Below the pieces are notes generated by a model that made no database searches, was not told the origin of the DNA, and worked only from the letters and a program-made list of their open reading frames with translations. This document shows, piece after piece, positions 36,922 to 46,732 of a stretch of 64,000 nucleotides of DNA. The position numbers were made by a program, and so were the translations under genes. This stretch comes from Candidatus Curtissbacteria bacterium (GTDB lineage Bacteria; Patescibacteriota; Microgenomatia; Curtissbacterales; GWA2-41-24), in NCBI GenBank assembly GCA_016198325.1, contig JACQIV010000015.1, positions 1,423 to 65,422 on the forward strand. The letters are read 5' to 3'. Position 1 is the first letter of the stretch; each line of letters starts with the position of its first letter.

Positions 36922-39168
36922 ATGGAAAATGTTGTTTGGTTTTCAGAAGTTGGCAGGCATGATGTTGGAATTGTCGGTGGAAAAGGTGCAAATTTGGGTG
37001 AATTATATAGTATAGGTGCGCCTGTACCCAACGGCTTTATTATTACAGCTAACTGTTACTTTGAAAATGTTTTATCTTCCGGAGCACTCGACAGGATTAA
37101 GGGAATCCTCTTTGGCCTGGATGTTGAAAATCCGACAGACCTGGCGTCTCGTGCTCTCAAATGCCAGGATGAAATAAAAAAAATAAAACTCAATAATGCC
37201 ACGCTTGCAAAAATTGGTTCATTTTATAAGAAACTTGGCAAAAAACCTCTTGTCGCTGTCAGGTCTTCAGCAACAGCAGAAGACCTGCCGGAAGCCTCTT
37301 TTGCAGGCCAGCAGGCCACCTTCTTAAACATTCGCGGCGAGAAAAATCTGACGGATGCAGTTCTTGCTGCCTGGGCATCCCTCTTCGAACCAAGAGCTAT
37401 TTTCTATAGAGTTCAGAAGAATTTCGACCACTTCAAAGTCGGAATTGCAATCCCCGTTCAACTAATGGTTGAATCGGACTCGTCCGGTGTAATGTTCACT
37501 CTGGACCCAATCACCAACGACAAGCGAAAGATTATTATTGAGGCTATCTATGGCCTGGGCGAGTTGATTGTCCAGGGGGCCGAAACGCCGGATCATTATG
37601 AGGTTTCAAAAAAAGATTACTCCATATTGACCAAAACTTTATCTGCCCAAAACCAGCAGTTGGTAAAAAGGGGCGATAAAAATAAACTTCTAAAAATATC
37701 CAAAAATTTCCAAAAAGAACAAAAATTACCCGATGAAAAGATAATAGAACTTGCCAAAATCGGAGTTAAAATCGAGAAACATTATTTTTTCCCACAAGAT
37801 ATTGAGTGGGCCTATCAGGATGGCAAACTCTTCATCGTTCAAACTAGACCGGTTACAACCATAGCGAAAGAATTACCTAAAAAAGAAGAAAAAAATATAT
37901 TTTCACAGAAAAAAATTCTTCTTCAAGGGGCTCCAGCCTCTCCGACAATAGGCACAGGTCATGTTGTAATCATACATAGTCCTAAGGAAATTTCAAAAGT
38001 AAAAAAAGGTGACGTACTCGTAACCGAAATGACCAACCCTGACTTTGTCCCAGCCATGAAAAGAGCAAATGCGATTGTAACAGACAGAGGAGGGAGAACA
38101 TCTCATGCCGCTATAGTTTCCAGGGAACTTGGTATAGCTTGTGTGGTGGGGGCAGAAAAAGCGACCAAGACGCTCAAAAACGGACAGATCGTCACAGTTA
38201 ACGGAAAAACCGGAATAGTGTACGAAGGCTCCTTACAGCAAAAGTCCAAAGAGCTTGAGAGGGATAACGTAAAACATGCAAACAAAATTAGGAACACAGC
38301 AACCCATCTCTACGTGAATTTGGCAGAACCGTCTCTTGCTCATCAGGTTGCCGCACGAGACGTCGACGGGGTTGGACTGTTAAGAGCAGAATTCATGTAC
38401 GCAGAAATAGGAACCCATCCTAAAAAATTCATAGAGGACAAAAACGAAAACGCATTTATAGAAAAGTTTTCGTCAATGCTTTCTGTATTCGGAAAAGCAT
38501 TCGGCCAGCGGACTGTCATATACAGAGCGAGTGATTTCAAAAGCAACGAATATAGAAATTTAAAAGGTGGCCAAAAATATGAGCCCATAGAATCAAATCC
38601 TATGCTGGGTTATAGAGGTGCTTTCCGATATATAAAAGACCCCGACACTTTTAAATTGGAATTACAGGCAATTAAGTTGGCTCGTAAAAATCACAAAAAC
38701 TTACAACTAATGGTTCCATTTGTCAGAAATGTTAATGAACTAGTTGCTGTAAGAAAAATAGTCGAGGAGATTGGCTTATTCAATGATAAGTCCTTCGAAC
38801 TATATATGATGGTGGAGATTCCGGTGAACATAATCCTATTGGACCAGTTCATTGACGTAGGCATTAACGGTATTTCTATTGGCTCGAACGACCTAACTAT
38901 GCTTATTTTAGGCACTGACCGCGATAACGAAGAAGTAGCGACCGAATTCTACGAATTAAACGAGGCTGTTCTTTGGGCACTGGAAAAGGCAGTCAAAACA
39001 GCAGTAAAAAGAAAAATCAAAGTATCAATTTGCGGACAGGCGCCGTCCGTTTATCCTGACCTTGCAAAAAAGTTGGTATCATGGGGTATTAGCTCTATTT
39101 CTGTCAATCCTGACGTTTTGGAACAAACTAGAGAATTAATTTATCAAGCAGAAAAAGATATTTTGTAA
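36922..39168 (+). CDS. ppsA: Phosphoenolpyruvate synthase
   Basis: VGGKGANLGE, AVRSSATAEDLP, QTRPVT, GGRTSHAAIVSRE, SIGSNDL. Confidence 0.96.
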   Translation: MENVVWFSEVGRHDVGIVGGKGANLGELYSIGAPVPNGFIITANCYFENVLSSGALDRIKGILFGLDVENPTDLASRALKCQDEIKKIKLNNATLAKIGSFYKKLGKKPLVAVRSSATAEDLPEASFAGQQATFLNIRGEKNLTDAVLAAWASLFEPRAIFYRVQKNFDHFKVGIAIPVQLMVESDSSGVMFTLDPITNDKRKIIIEAIYGLGELIVQGAETPDHYEVSKKDYSILTKTLSAQNQQLVKRGDKNKLLKISKNFQKEQKLPDEKIIELAKIGVKIEKHYFFPQDIEWAYQDGKLFIVQTRPVTTIAKELPKKEEKNIFSQKKILLQGAPASPTIGTGHVVIIHSPKEISKVKKGDVLVTEMTNPDFVPAMKRANAIVTDRGGRTSHAAIVSRELGIACVVGAEKATKTLKNGQIVTVNGKTGIVYEGSLQQKSKELERDNVKHANKIRNTATHLYVNLAEPSLAHQVAARDVDGVGLLRAEFMYAEIGTHPKKFIEDKNENAFIEKFSSMLSVFGKAFGQRTVIYRASDFKSNEYRNLKGGQKYEPIESNPMLGYRGAFRYIKDPDTFKLELQAIKLARKNHKNLQLMVPFVRNVNELVAVRKIVEEIGLFNDKSFELYMMVEIPVNIILLDQFIDVGINGISIGSNDLTMLILGTDRDNEEVATEFYELNEAVLWALEKAVKTAVKRKIKVSICGQAPSVYPDLAKKLVSWGISSISVNPDVLEQTRELIYQAEKDIL

Positions 39169-39173
39169 GACTT

Positions 39174-40427
39174 ATGGCAAAGGTAAAAAAAATAATCGCT
39201 CACGAAATTTTGGATAGTCGGGGTATCCCGACAATTGAATCGATAGTAGAACTTTCGGATAGTTCCGTCGGAGTTTATTCTGTTCCGGCCGGACTTTCCG
39301 TGGGGAAACACGAAGCGGTGGAACTTAGGGATTCCGACCCCAAAAGGTACGACGGGAAAGGCGTTCTAAAGGCGCTTGAAACGATTCACTCTAAAATTGC
39401 ACCGCATGTAATAGGCAAAGACTCGCAAGACCAGGAAGCTATCGATCGGGAAATGATAAAGGCGGATGGAAGTGAGGATAAAAAAAATTTTGGTGCTAAC
39501 TCGATTCTTTCAATTTCCGGAGCAATTGCTAAAGCGGAAGCACAGTCGAAAAATATTCCACTTTACCAATACATTTCCAAATTACTTGGAGAAAACAAAA
39601 ACTCCTTTGCAATTCCAACACCAATGTTTAATATCTTAAACGGAGGTGCTCACGGGGGAGGCAACTTGGATTTCCAGGAATTTCTCCTTGTTCCTCAAGC
39701 AGCGCATTCTTATTCCACAGCATTAAGAATTGGTGCCGAAATTTATTATGCACTAAAACAAACAATAATTTCCCATAGTGGCATTTTTTTAGTTGGCGAT
39801 GAAGGTGGTTATGCGCCCACCCTATATGCTAATCTCGACGGCTTCAAGCTTCTCGAGGAAGGCATTGCCAGGGCAAACTATAAACTTGGCCTGGATGTTT
39901 TCCTTAGCCTCGACGTCGCGGCATCTCACTTTAAGAAAGGAGGCTCCTATAAAATTAAAGATAGACCGGTTGCCTTAAGTGGTAGCGACTTTATTGATTA
40001 TTACGTCACCCTGAATGAACAGTATCACCTACTCTCGCTGGAGGATCCGCTTGGCGAAGACGATTGGGGTGACTGGGCTAATCTGGTTAGGAAAATGGGT
40101 AACGAAACAATAATAGTCGGTGACGACTTGACCAGTACAAACTTAACCAGGCTAAAAAAAGCAATAGACGAAAAAGCTATTGGTGGAATTATCATCAAGC
40201 CAAATCAAGTTGGAACAATCACAGAAACCTTGGAAGTTGTGAAAGCGGCAAAAAAAGCGGGGTTGAAGATTATTACCTCCCATAGGTCCGGAGAAACGAA
40301 CGATCCATTTATCTCTGATTTTGCGGTCGGTATTAATTGTGAATATGCAAAATTTGGGGCACCTGCAAGAGGAGAAAGAGTTGCAAAATACAATCGCCTT
40401 TTAGAAATTGAACACGAACTTTCTTAA
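39174..40427 (+). CDS. eno: Enolase
   Basis: DSRG, DFQEF, VGDEGG, VGDDL, IKPNQVG, SHRSGET. Confidence 0.96.
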   Translation: MAKVKKIIAHEILDSRGIPTIESIVELSDSSVGVYSVPAGLSVGKHEAVELRDSDPKRYDGKGVLKALETIHSKIAPHVIGKDSQDQEAIDREMIKADGSEDKKNFGANSILSISGAIAKAEAQSKNIPLYQYISKLLGENKNSFAIPTPMFNILNGGAHGGGNLDFQEFLLVPQAAHSYSTALRIGAEIYYALKQTIISHSGIFLVGDEGGYAPTLYANLDGFKLLEEGIARANYKLGLDVFLSLDVAASHFKKGGSYKIKDRPVALSGSDFIDYYVTLNEQYHLLSLEDPLGEDDWGDWANLVRKMGNETIIVGDDLTSTNLTRLKKAIDEKAIGGIIIKPNQVGTITETLEVVKAAKKAGLKIITSHRSGETNDPFISDFAVGINCEYAKFGAPARGERVAKYNRLLEIEHELS

Positions 40428-40435
40428 TTCTTTAC

Positions 40436-42034
40436 ATGTTTAAGATTCAAGAAAAACCTAAGCCACTTATTCTCTGTATCCTGGACGGCTGGGGAGTTTC
40501 CCAGGACAGTCCGGGTAATGCAATAACTCGGGCAAATCCCATAAATTTCAATTCTTTCTGGTTCTCCTTTCCACACACCCTACTAATAGCATCGGGACAA
40601 GCGGTAGGTTTACCGGAAGGACAAGTTGGCAACAGTGAGGTCGGTCATCTTAACCTCGGGGCAGGCAGAGTTGTTTTTCAGGATCTTCTCAGGATTAATA
40701 CTGCGATTGCAGATGCTACCTTCTATGAAAATCAGTCATTCCTTGATGCTGTTGCTCACATTAAAGAACACGGTTCGAATATTCACCTCATGGGCCTTGC
40801 CGGACTTGGGTCGGTTCATAGTCAGATCGAACATTTATATGCTCTCTTGTCCTTCATTAAGAAACAACAGCTTCCAGCTTCTAAAGTTAAAATACATATT
40901 TTTACCGACGGACGTGACAGCCCACCCGCCTCGGCAAAACTGTTTGTGAGCCAACTTAAAAGCAGGCTTGAACAAAACGGACTCGGGCAAATTGCTTCCA
41001 TTTCCGGCAGATACTATTCCATGGACCGGGATAACCGTTGGGAAAGAACGGCAAAAGCATATAAGGCATTATTGGGAAATGCCGAAATTAGAAATACTGA
41101 TCCTCTGGCAGCAATCGATAAATCCTACGCGGAAGCAAAAACTGACGAATTTATAGAACCTTTAGTTATAGTAGACGAGAACAACATACCGGTGGGACCG
41201 ATTTCCGAAAATGACGCTGTAATTTTTTTCAATTACAGGCCGGATAGGGCAAGGCAAATCACAGAGGCATTGATCACAGAAGACCTAACCAAACAAAAAT
41301 CATCAAGCGGTGAAAAAATTCAAACATTCGAACGTGGACCAAAACTAAAAAACCTTTTTTTCGTTTCATTAACTGAATACGCCAAAGGAATGCCCGTAAA
41401 CAGGGTTGCTTTCTCACCCGAAGAAGTAACTATGCCTATCGCACGAATATTTTCGGAACGAAATGCCAAACAACTACATATAGCTGAGACCGAAAAATAC
41501 GCCCACGTTACTTATTTTTTCAATGGAGGATTGGAAAAGCCTTTTTCCGGTGAAGACAGGATTCTTATCGATTCCCCAAAAGTTGCCTCTTACGACCTAA
41601 AGCCGGAAATGTCCGCTCCGGAAATTACTAAACAACTAATCGCAAGAATAAATACAAGAGCATACGATTTTATCGTGGTCAACTTTGCCAATGCGGATAT
41701 GGTTTCGCATTCCGGGAAAATTGACGCAACACTCAAAGCTGTTCAGTGTGTAGATTTTCAGTTAGGTTTGATTGTCAAAACAACGCTAGGGATGGGAGGG
41801 GGAGTCATAATAACGGCAGATCACGGGAATGCAGAAGAAATGCTAAATTTAAGAACCGGGGAAGTCGATACGGAACACAATAATAGCCCTGTCCCCTGCG
41901 TATTCATTTTTAAAGAGTTGCAAGGCTCTACTGTCCAGCTACCAAGAGGTTTACTTGCAGATGTTGCGCCGACAATCCTTGGAATTCTTCAAATCCCAAA
42001 ACCCTCGCAAATGACGGGCCGCAGTCTGCTCTAG
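40436..42034 (+). CDS. gpmI: 2,3-bisphosphoglycerate-independent phosphoglycerate mutase
   Basis: ILDGWG, GNSEVGH, TDGRD, AETEKYAHVT, TADHGNAE. Confidence 0.97.
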   Translation: MFKIQEKPKPLILCILDGWGVSQDSPGNAITRANPINFNSFWFSFPHTLLIASGQAVGLPEGQVGNSEVGHLNLGAGRVVFQDLLRINTAIADATFYENQSFLDAVAHIKEHGSNIHLMGLAGLGSVHSQIEHLYALLSFIKKQQLPASKVKIHIFTDGRDSPPASAKLFVSQLKSRLEQNGLGQIASISGRYYSMDRDNRWERTAKAYKALLGNAEIRNTDPLAAIDKSYAEAKTDEFIEPLVIVDENNIPVGPISENDAVIFFNYRPDRARQITEALITEDLTKQKSSSGEKIQTFERGPKLKNLFFVSLTEYAKGMPVNRVAFSPEEVTMPIARIFSERNAKQLHIAETEKYAHVTYFFNGGLEKPFSGEDRILIDSPKVASYDLKPEMSAPEITKQLIARINTRAYDFIVVNFANADMVSHSGKIDATLKAVQCVDFQLGLIVKTTLGMGGGVIITADHGNAEEMLNLRTGEVDTEHNNSPVPCVFIFKELQGSTVQLPRGLLADVAPTILGILQIPKPSQMTGRSLL

Positions 42035-42702
42035 AAAAGAACAACTAATTCACCCTTTACACCCTGTGAGTAATGCGTCAATATTTCCGAGATCCGCATT
42101 CTGTTCACCTCTTCAAATGACTTTGTGAGTTCTCTACCTGTAACTATCTCAATGTCTCCAAAAATATCCATGATGTCAGTTAATGTTTTCGTAAGGCGGT
42201 ATGGGGACTCGTACAGGATAATTGTCGGGCGTATAATTTGTGCAAAAGATTTAAGGTCGGAAATAATTTTTCTCCGCTTCCCGTCTTTTTTCGGTAGATA
42301 ACCCAAAAAAAGAAATTTATCAGGAGGCAAGCCCGAAATTGTCAAAGCCGAAATCACAGCAGACGGGCCGGGAATGGATTCAACCCTTATTTCATGTTTA
42401 AGAGCTTCCCTTACCAGCTTAAAACCCGGATCCGAAATTAACGGAGTTCCTGCGTCGGAAACAAGAGCTATGCTACGACCATCCTTCAGCCCCGAAATAA
42501 TCTTAGGGATTCTGGATTCTTCATTGAAATCATTTAAAGAAGTCATTTTCTTGACAATTTCATAGTGCCTCAATAATTTGCCCGTCACTCGAGTATCTTC
42601 AGCCAAGATAGAGTCAACAGACTCCAAAGTTTCGATTGCCCTTAAAGTGATATCTTTCATATTACCTATAGGAGTAGATACAATATACAAAATGCCGTCC
42701 AT
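42031..42702 (-). CDS. rsmI: 16S rRNA C1402 2'-O-methyltransferase
   Basis: LYIVSTPIGN, AEDTR, VSDAGTPLISDPG, YESPYR, RELTK. Confidence 0.95.
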   Translation of the reverse strand: MDGILYIVSTPIGNMKDITLRAIETLESVDSILAEDTRVTGKLLRHYEIVKKMTSLNDFNEESRIPKIISGLKDGRSIALVSDAGTPLISDPGFKLVREALKHEIRVESIPGPSAVISALTISGLPPDKFLFLGYLPKKDGKRRKIISDLKSFAQIIRPTIILYESPYRLTKTLTDIMDIFGDIEIVTGRELTKSFEEVNRMRISEILTHYSQGVKGELVVLF

Positions 42703-42789
42703 GATGGCACTTATTATGAGCGAGAATACCAAGACTTTCAAATTAGAGATGAAAGTCCAGCTAGCGAAGAAAAAAATTATTCTGCTTTG

Positions 42790-42901
42790 TCCGGTGGAGT
42801 TTTATTTCTAGCGATGAAACCCCCGGCTTAAGATATTGGGATGGTACCGAATCTATCTAGAAAGACGAAAACCCCGGACTTTAGTCCGGGGAGGACGTCA
42901 T
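42790..42901 (+). mobile_element. IS200/IS605-family end remnant (non-autonomous); left boundary approximate
   Basis: Hairpin CCCCGGAC-TTTA-GTCCGGGG followed by AGGACGTCA resembles a tnpB-type right end; second GC hairpin upstream; no tnpA/tnpB ORF. Confidence 0.55.
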
Positions 42902-42931
42902 TTTTAACTTAAGTTAAATTCTTGTCAAATA

Positions 42932-43561
42932 ATGGGTGAATCGATACTTGAAGTATTAGTTTTTTGGGTCATGGGTGTCATTTCCAATCTAGGGTACCCG
43001 GGGGTATTCCTCCTGATGGCACTGGAATCCGCCTTAATACCTATTCCCTCCGAAGTGATAATGCCTTTTTCCGGATTTCTCGTATCGGAAGGTAGGTTTA
43101 ACCTCGTCCTGGTTGTTTTTGCAGGTGCTTTCGGAAATTTGGTTGGCTCATGGGCAGCATATGCACTGGGTTTTTACGGAGAGAAAGCAGTAGTCCGGAA
43201 ACTAGTTCAAAAATACGGTAAATTTATACTCCTTACGGAAGAAGAATTTGACAGTTCACTAAAGTTATTCCATAAATATGGGCAGTGGTTAGCAGCAGTA
43301 GCTAGGGTATTACCCGCTGTAAGAACAGTTATCTCACTTCCCGCTGGTATTGCCAAGCTTTCATTCTGGAAATTTTCGGCACTTACTTTTTTCGGTTCGC
43401 TGATTTGGTCGTATTTTTTAACATTTATCGGAGTAAAACTTGGAGAAAACTGGGAAATAATAAGGCCTTATTTTCGGAAATTTGACATTCTTATAATAGC
43501 CGTTTCTATACTTCTTGTAGGAGCTTATATTTACCACAAGCTCCGCAAAAAAAGAAAATAG
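42932..43561 (+). CDS. DedA family membrane protein
   Basis: LESALIPIPSEVIMPFSG, RVLPAVRTVISLPAG. Confidence 0.93.
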   Translation: MGESILEVLVFWVMGVISNLGYPGVFLLMALESALIPIPSEVIMPFSGFLVSEGRFNLVLVVFAGAFGNLVGSWAAYALGFYGEKAVVRKLVQKYGKFILLTEEEFDSSLKLFHKYGQWLAAVARVLPAVRTVISLPAGIAKLSFWKFSALTFFGSLIWSYFLTFIGVKLGENWEIIRPYFRKFDILIIAVSILLVGAYIYHKLRKKRK

Positions 43562-44883
43562 TGCAAAAAACAGAAGAACCGGGAAAAACTATTCCAAATA
43601 GCAATCGTTTTAATCGCTTTATACGCATCCTTGGTCCCGGATTGGTAACAGGGGCAGCTGACGACGACCCCTCCGGCATTGCAACTTATTCTCAGGCAGG
43701 CGCCGGATTTGGATTTGGGCTACTCTGGGCATTTCCGCTAATGTACCCACTGCTCTTAGCTGTGCAGGAATCGTGCGCCAGGATTGGTGCAGTAACTGGC
43801 AAGGGGCTGGCAGCCATTTTAAAAGAAAATTACAGCAGGCGGCTTCTTTTTTTATCGGTTTTACTGGTTGTTGTTGCAAATACAATTAACATCGGTGCGG
43901 ACCTTGGCGCGATGGCAGCAACAACCCAATTACTAATGCCCATACCTTTTGTTTTTTTGGCGATTTTTTATGCAATAGTGGTTATATTACTTGAGATTTT
44001 TGTACCCTACAAAACATATGCGCATATACTTAAATGGCTCGCAATTGCACTCCTTGCCTACCCTGTTACTGCCTTTATTATTAATCCGTCCTGGAGAGCG
44101 ATTTTTAAAGAAACCTTCACGTTTCACCCCAAAGTAAATTTCGAAAGCCTGTACATTTTTGTCGGCATGCTTGGTACAACAGTATCTCCCTATTTGTTCT
44201 TTTGGGATACGTCGGAAGTGGTGGAAAATGAAATATCCGAGCACCGCCTTGCGGAAGGTGGAGGAATTCCGCGAATTAGCAAAAAATTTATACATAATCT
44301 TAGAATTGATAATTTTGTAGGAATGACACTTGCAAGTGTGACCGCGTGGTTCATTGTAGTTGTTAGCGCATCAGTTTTATTTAAAGGTGGCGTAACAGAA
44401 ATAAATACGGCAGCCGACGCCGCTAAGGCACTAGAACCTCTAGTTCAGAATTTCCCAAATGCAGGCCTCGTTGCAAAATTGATTTTTTCTATCGGAGTGA
44501 TCGGGCTCGGATTACTTGCTGTCCCTGTTTTAGCAGGTTCTGCTTCTTATGCGATTAGCGAAACTATGGGTTGGAAAGAAGGATTACACAGAAAGTTCCG
44601 ACACGCTACAGGGTTTTATGCAGTAATCACTATAGCAACACTTGTTGGACTTTCCCTTAACTTTCTGGGTGTTGACCCTATCAAAGCTTTGATATTTACT
44701 GCTGTGTTTAACGGAGTTGCCGCTGTTCCCCTATTGTTTATGATTGCGAGGGTAGGGAATAACGAAAAAATTATGGGTGAACATAAAAACGGGCCGATAT
44801 CTAATCTTGGAATTCGCGTAACCTTTAGTGTTATGGCTCTTGCAGTCTTTATACTTTTCTTCGCCCTAATTACCGGACAGTAA
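43561..44883 (+). CDS. Nramp-family divalent metal transporter
   Basis: LGPGLVTGAADDDPSGIATYSQAGA, GTTVSPY. Confidence 0.92.
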   Translation: MQKTEEPGKTIPNSNRFNRFIRILGPGLVTGAADDDPSGIATYSQAGAGFGFGLLWAFPLMYPLLLAVQESCARIGAVTGKGLAAILKENYSRRLLFLSVLLVVVANTINIGADLGAMAATTQLLMPIPFVFLAIFYAIVVILLEIFVPYKTYAHILKWLAIALLAYPVTAFIINPSWRAIFKETFTFHPKVNFESLYIFVGMLGTTVSPYLFFWDTSEVVENEISEHRLAEGGGIPRISKKFIHNLRIDNFVGMTLASVTAWFIVVVSASVLFKGGVTEINTAADAAKALEPLVQNFPNAGLVAKLIFSIGVIGLGLLAVPVLAGSASYAISETMGWKEGLHRKFRHATGFYAVITIATLVGLSLNFLGVDPIKALIFTAVFNGVAAVPLLFMIARVGNNEKIMGEHKNGPISNLGIRVTFSVMALAVFILFFALITGQ

Positions 44884-44945
44884 CAAATTTAAAGGCAAAT
44901 AATCGTATCAGATAAAGAACTTCAAGTCCCCGGTAATGGGCTTTA

Positions 44946-45563
44946 CTAATTGTATTTTCGTATTACCCCGACACACTTGCCCTGTATCGATACACTTTTT
45001 GCGAAAATAGGTTGCATCGTTGAATTTGCCGGCTCCAGCCGAACTCTGTCCTGCTCCTTATAGAATCTCTTGAGAGTAACAATACCGTTTCCGATCATAG
45101 CAACCACTATGTCTCCGTCTCTCGCCTGGCTAGTTTCCTCAACAACCACATAATCCCCGTCCAGTATCCCGTCTTCAATCATCGATTCTCCTCTTACCTG
45201 GAGAACATAGGATTTCTTGTTTTGGGAGACCATGTTTGGTGAAACCTGAAATTTCGCATTAGGATCCGTATAAGGTTCGATAGGTGACCCGGCTGCGATA
45301 AAACCAAGTAGCGGAAGTTCAATCCCGCGTACAACTTCCCCAATTTTTCTGTCCAGTAACTCAATCCCCCTTGCCAACCCGGAAGATTTTTTTATAAGAC
45401 CTTTCTTCTCGAGTGTTTGAAGATGCTCGTGAACGGTAGCAAGAGACTTTACTCCGAGATTCTTAGCGATCTCAACTAGCGTAGGGGCGTGTCCGTGATC
45501 TCTTATATAACTTTCTAAATAATCTAAAATTTGCCTCTGACGTTTATAAATAACTTGCGGCAT
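44946..45563 (-). CDS. lexA: SOS repressor LexA
   Basis: RQRQILDYL wHTH, IAAGSP (Ala-Gly site), GESMIEDGI, TLKRF; ATG 45563. Confidence 0.96.
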   Translation of the reverse strand: MPQVIYKRQRQILDYLESYIRDHGHAPTLVEIAKNLGVKSLATVHEHLQTLEKKGLIKKSSGLARGIELLDRKIGEVVRGIELPLLGFIAAGSPIEPYTDPNAKFQVSPNMVSQNKKSYVLQVRGESMIEDGILDGDYVVVEETSQARDGDIVVAMIGNGIVTLKRFYKEQDRVRLEPANSTMQPIFAKSVSIQGKCVGVIRKYN

Positions 45564-45569
45564 AAAAAC

Positions 45570-45599
45570 AAAATACCAAATAAAACCCGAAGTTGTCAA
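45570..45599 (-). promoter_or_regulatory. lexA promoter with candidate LexA operator
   Basis: TTGACA-18-TATTTT, 6 nt before the ATG; spacer contains TTCGGGTTTTATTTGG. Confidence 0.75.
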
Positions 45600-45632
45600 T
45601 GGGCAAAAAAAGGTCTATAAATTGCAATTACC

Positions 45633-46682
45633 GTGTCATTAAAAATCGAGACAGAAATTCCAAGTCAAGATACTCCACTTGTTGCAAGTTTTCTTCCCGA
45701 ACCTCAAGTAGTCACTAATCAAGATCTGGTCGAATTTATTGCTAAAAACAATAAAAATAGCCCATCATTGAGCGCAGAAGACATAAGGCGCAAAACCGGT
45801 ATTATTATAAGACATTACCGGCAGCCGTTAGGCCAAGAATCTGATTCAAGGCTCGAAACAATTCCTTGTATGGCAGAAAAAATGGCAAAAGCCCTGCTTT
45901 TACAAAAAGGCTGGAAACCGGAAGCTGTCGACCTTTTTGCTGTCATCACTACTTACCCGTTAGGAAAAGAGAACAATATTTCAGGAGTAGTTTCAGGGAG
46001 GCTCAACATAAGTCATGCAGAAACAGTTGATGTCTATGCCGGGTGTGTCGGTCCGGTTTACTTCTTGGACAAACTAAGGAGAATTGGTTATGGAGACAAA
46101 GATAAAATCCTGGCCGTAAGTGTCGAGCACTATACTCCCAGTCTTGATCCAGGGTTGGATATGGCAGTTTTTTCCGATCAAAAATCAGGAATTGCCTTCG
46201 AAGGAAAAGATCTTACATTGGAAGATTCGGAAATCATTATGAAACCGAGCCGATTAATCACATTCCCGATTAATAAAGAAGATTATCCCGAAGATTCCTG
46301 GGCAATGGATATGCCGACCGGGTCAAATAATTTTAGCATGAAAGGATTCGAAGTCTATGAAGCCATAAGAAACGGGCCGCTGTTTGGTCTTATCAAATAT
46401 TTAACAATGAAAAATCCGGAGAGTGAAGCTTTAGTGCCCCATCCTGGGAGTGGAAAAGTTCTGGACATGATACAAAGGCAGTTGCAAAAAATCGGGCTGA
46501 GTCTTTATGTTTCAAGGGAAACTCTGGCGCAATTTGGAAATGGGGCAGCTGCAAGTAATTTTGCAGAACTCGGAGCATTCCTGAAAAGCCCTAAAGGAAG
46601 AACCGCAAGAAACATAATACTTGCTGCTGCAGGAGCAGGAATGGCTTTCGGAGCGGTTAGGGTAGTAATTAAAAAAAGATAG
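45633..46682 (+). CDS. FabH/KAS-III-like thiolase-fold condensing enzyme (divergent)
   Basis: PEPQVVTNQDL, RKTGIIIRH, YAGCVG (Cys), PHPGS (His), FGNG (Asn), GAGMAFG. Confidence 0.8.
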   Translation: MSLKIETEIPSQDTPLVASFLPEPQVVTNQDLVEFIAKNNKNSPSLSAEDIRRKTGIIIRHYRQPLGQESDSRLETIPCMAEKMAKALLLQKGWKPEAVDLFAVITTYPLGKENNISGVVSGRLNISHAETVDVYAGCVGPVYFLDKLRRIGYGDKDKILAVSVEHYTPSLDPGLDMAVFSDQKSGIAFEGKDLTLEDSEIIMKPSRLITFPINKEDYPEDSWAMDMPTGSNNFSMKGFEVYEAIRNGPLFGLIKYLTMKNPESEALVPHPGSGKVLDMIQRQLQKIGLSLYVSRETLAQFGNGAAASNFAELGAFLKSPKGRTARNIILAAAGAGMAFGAVRVVIKKR

Positions 46683-46732
46683 CTCACCTTCTTCAGGCTT
46701 CGCATCAAACTACTGTATAATAAAACTTTGCA

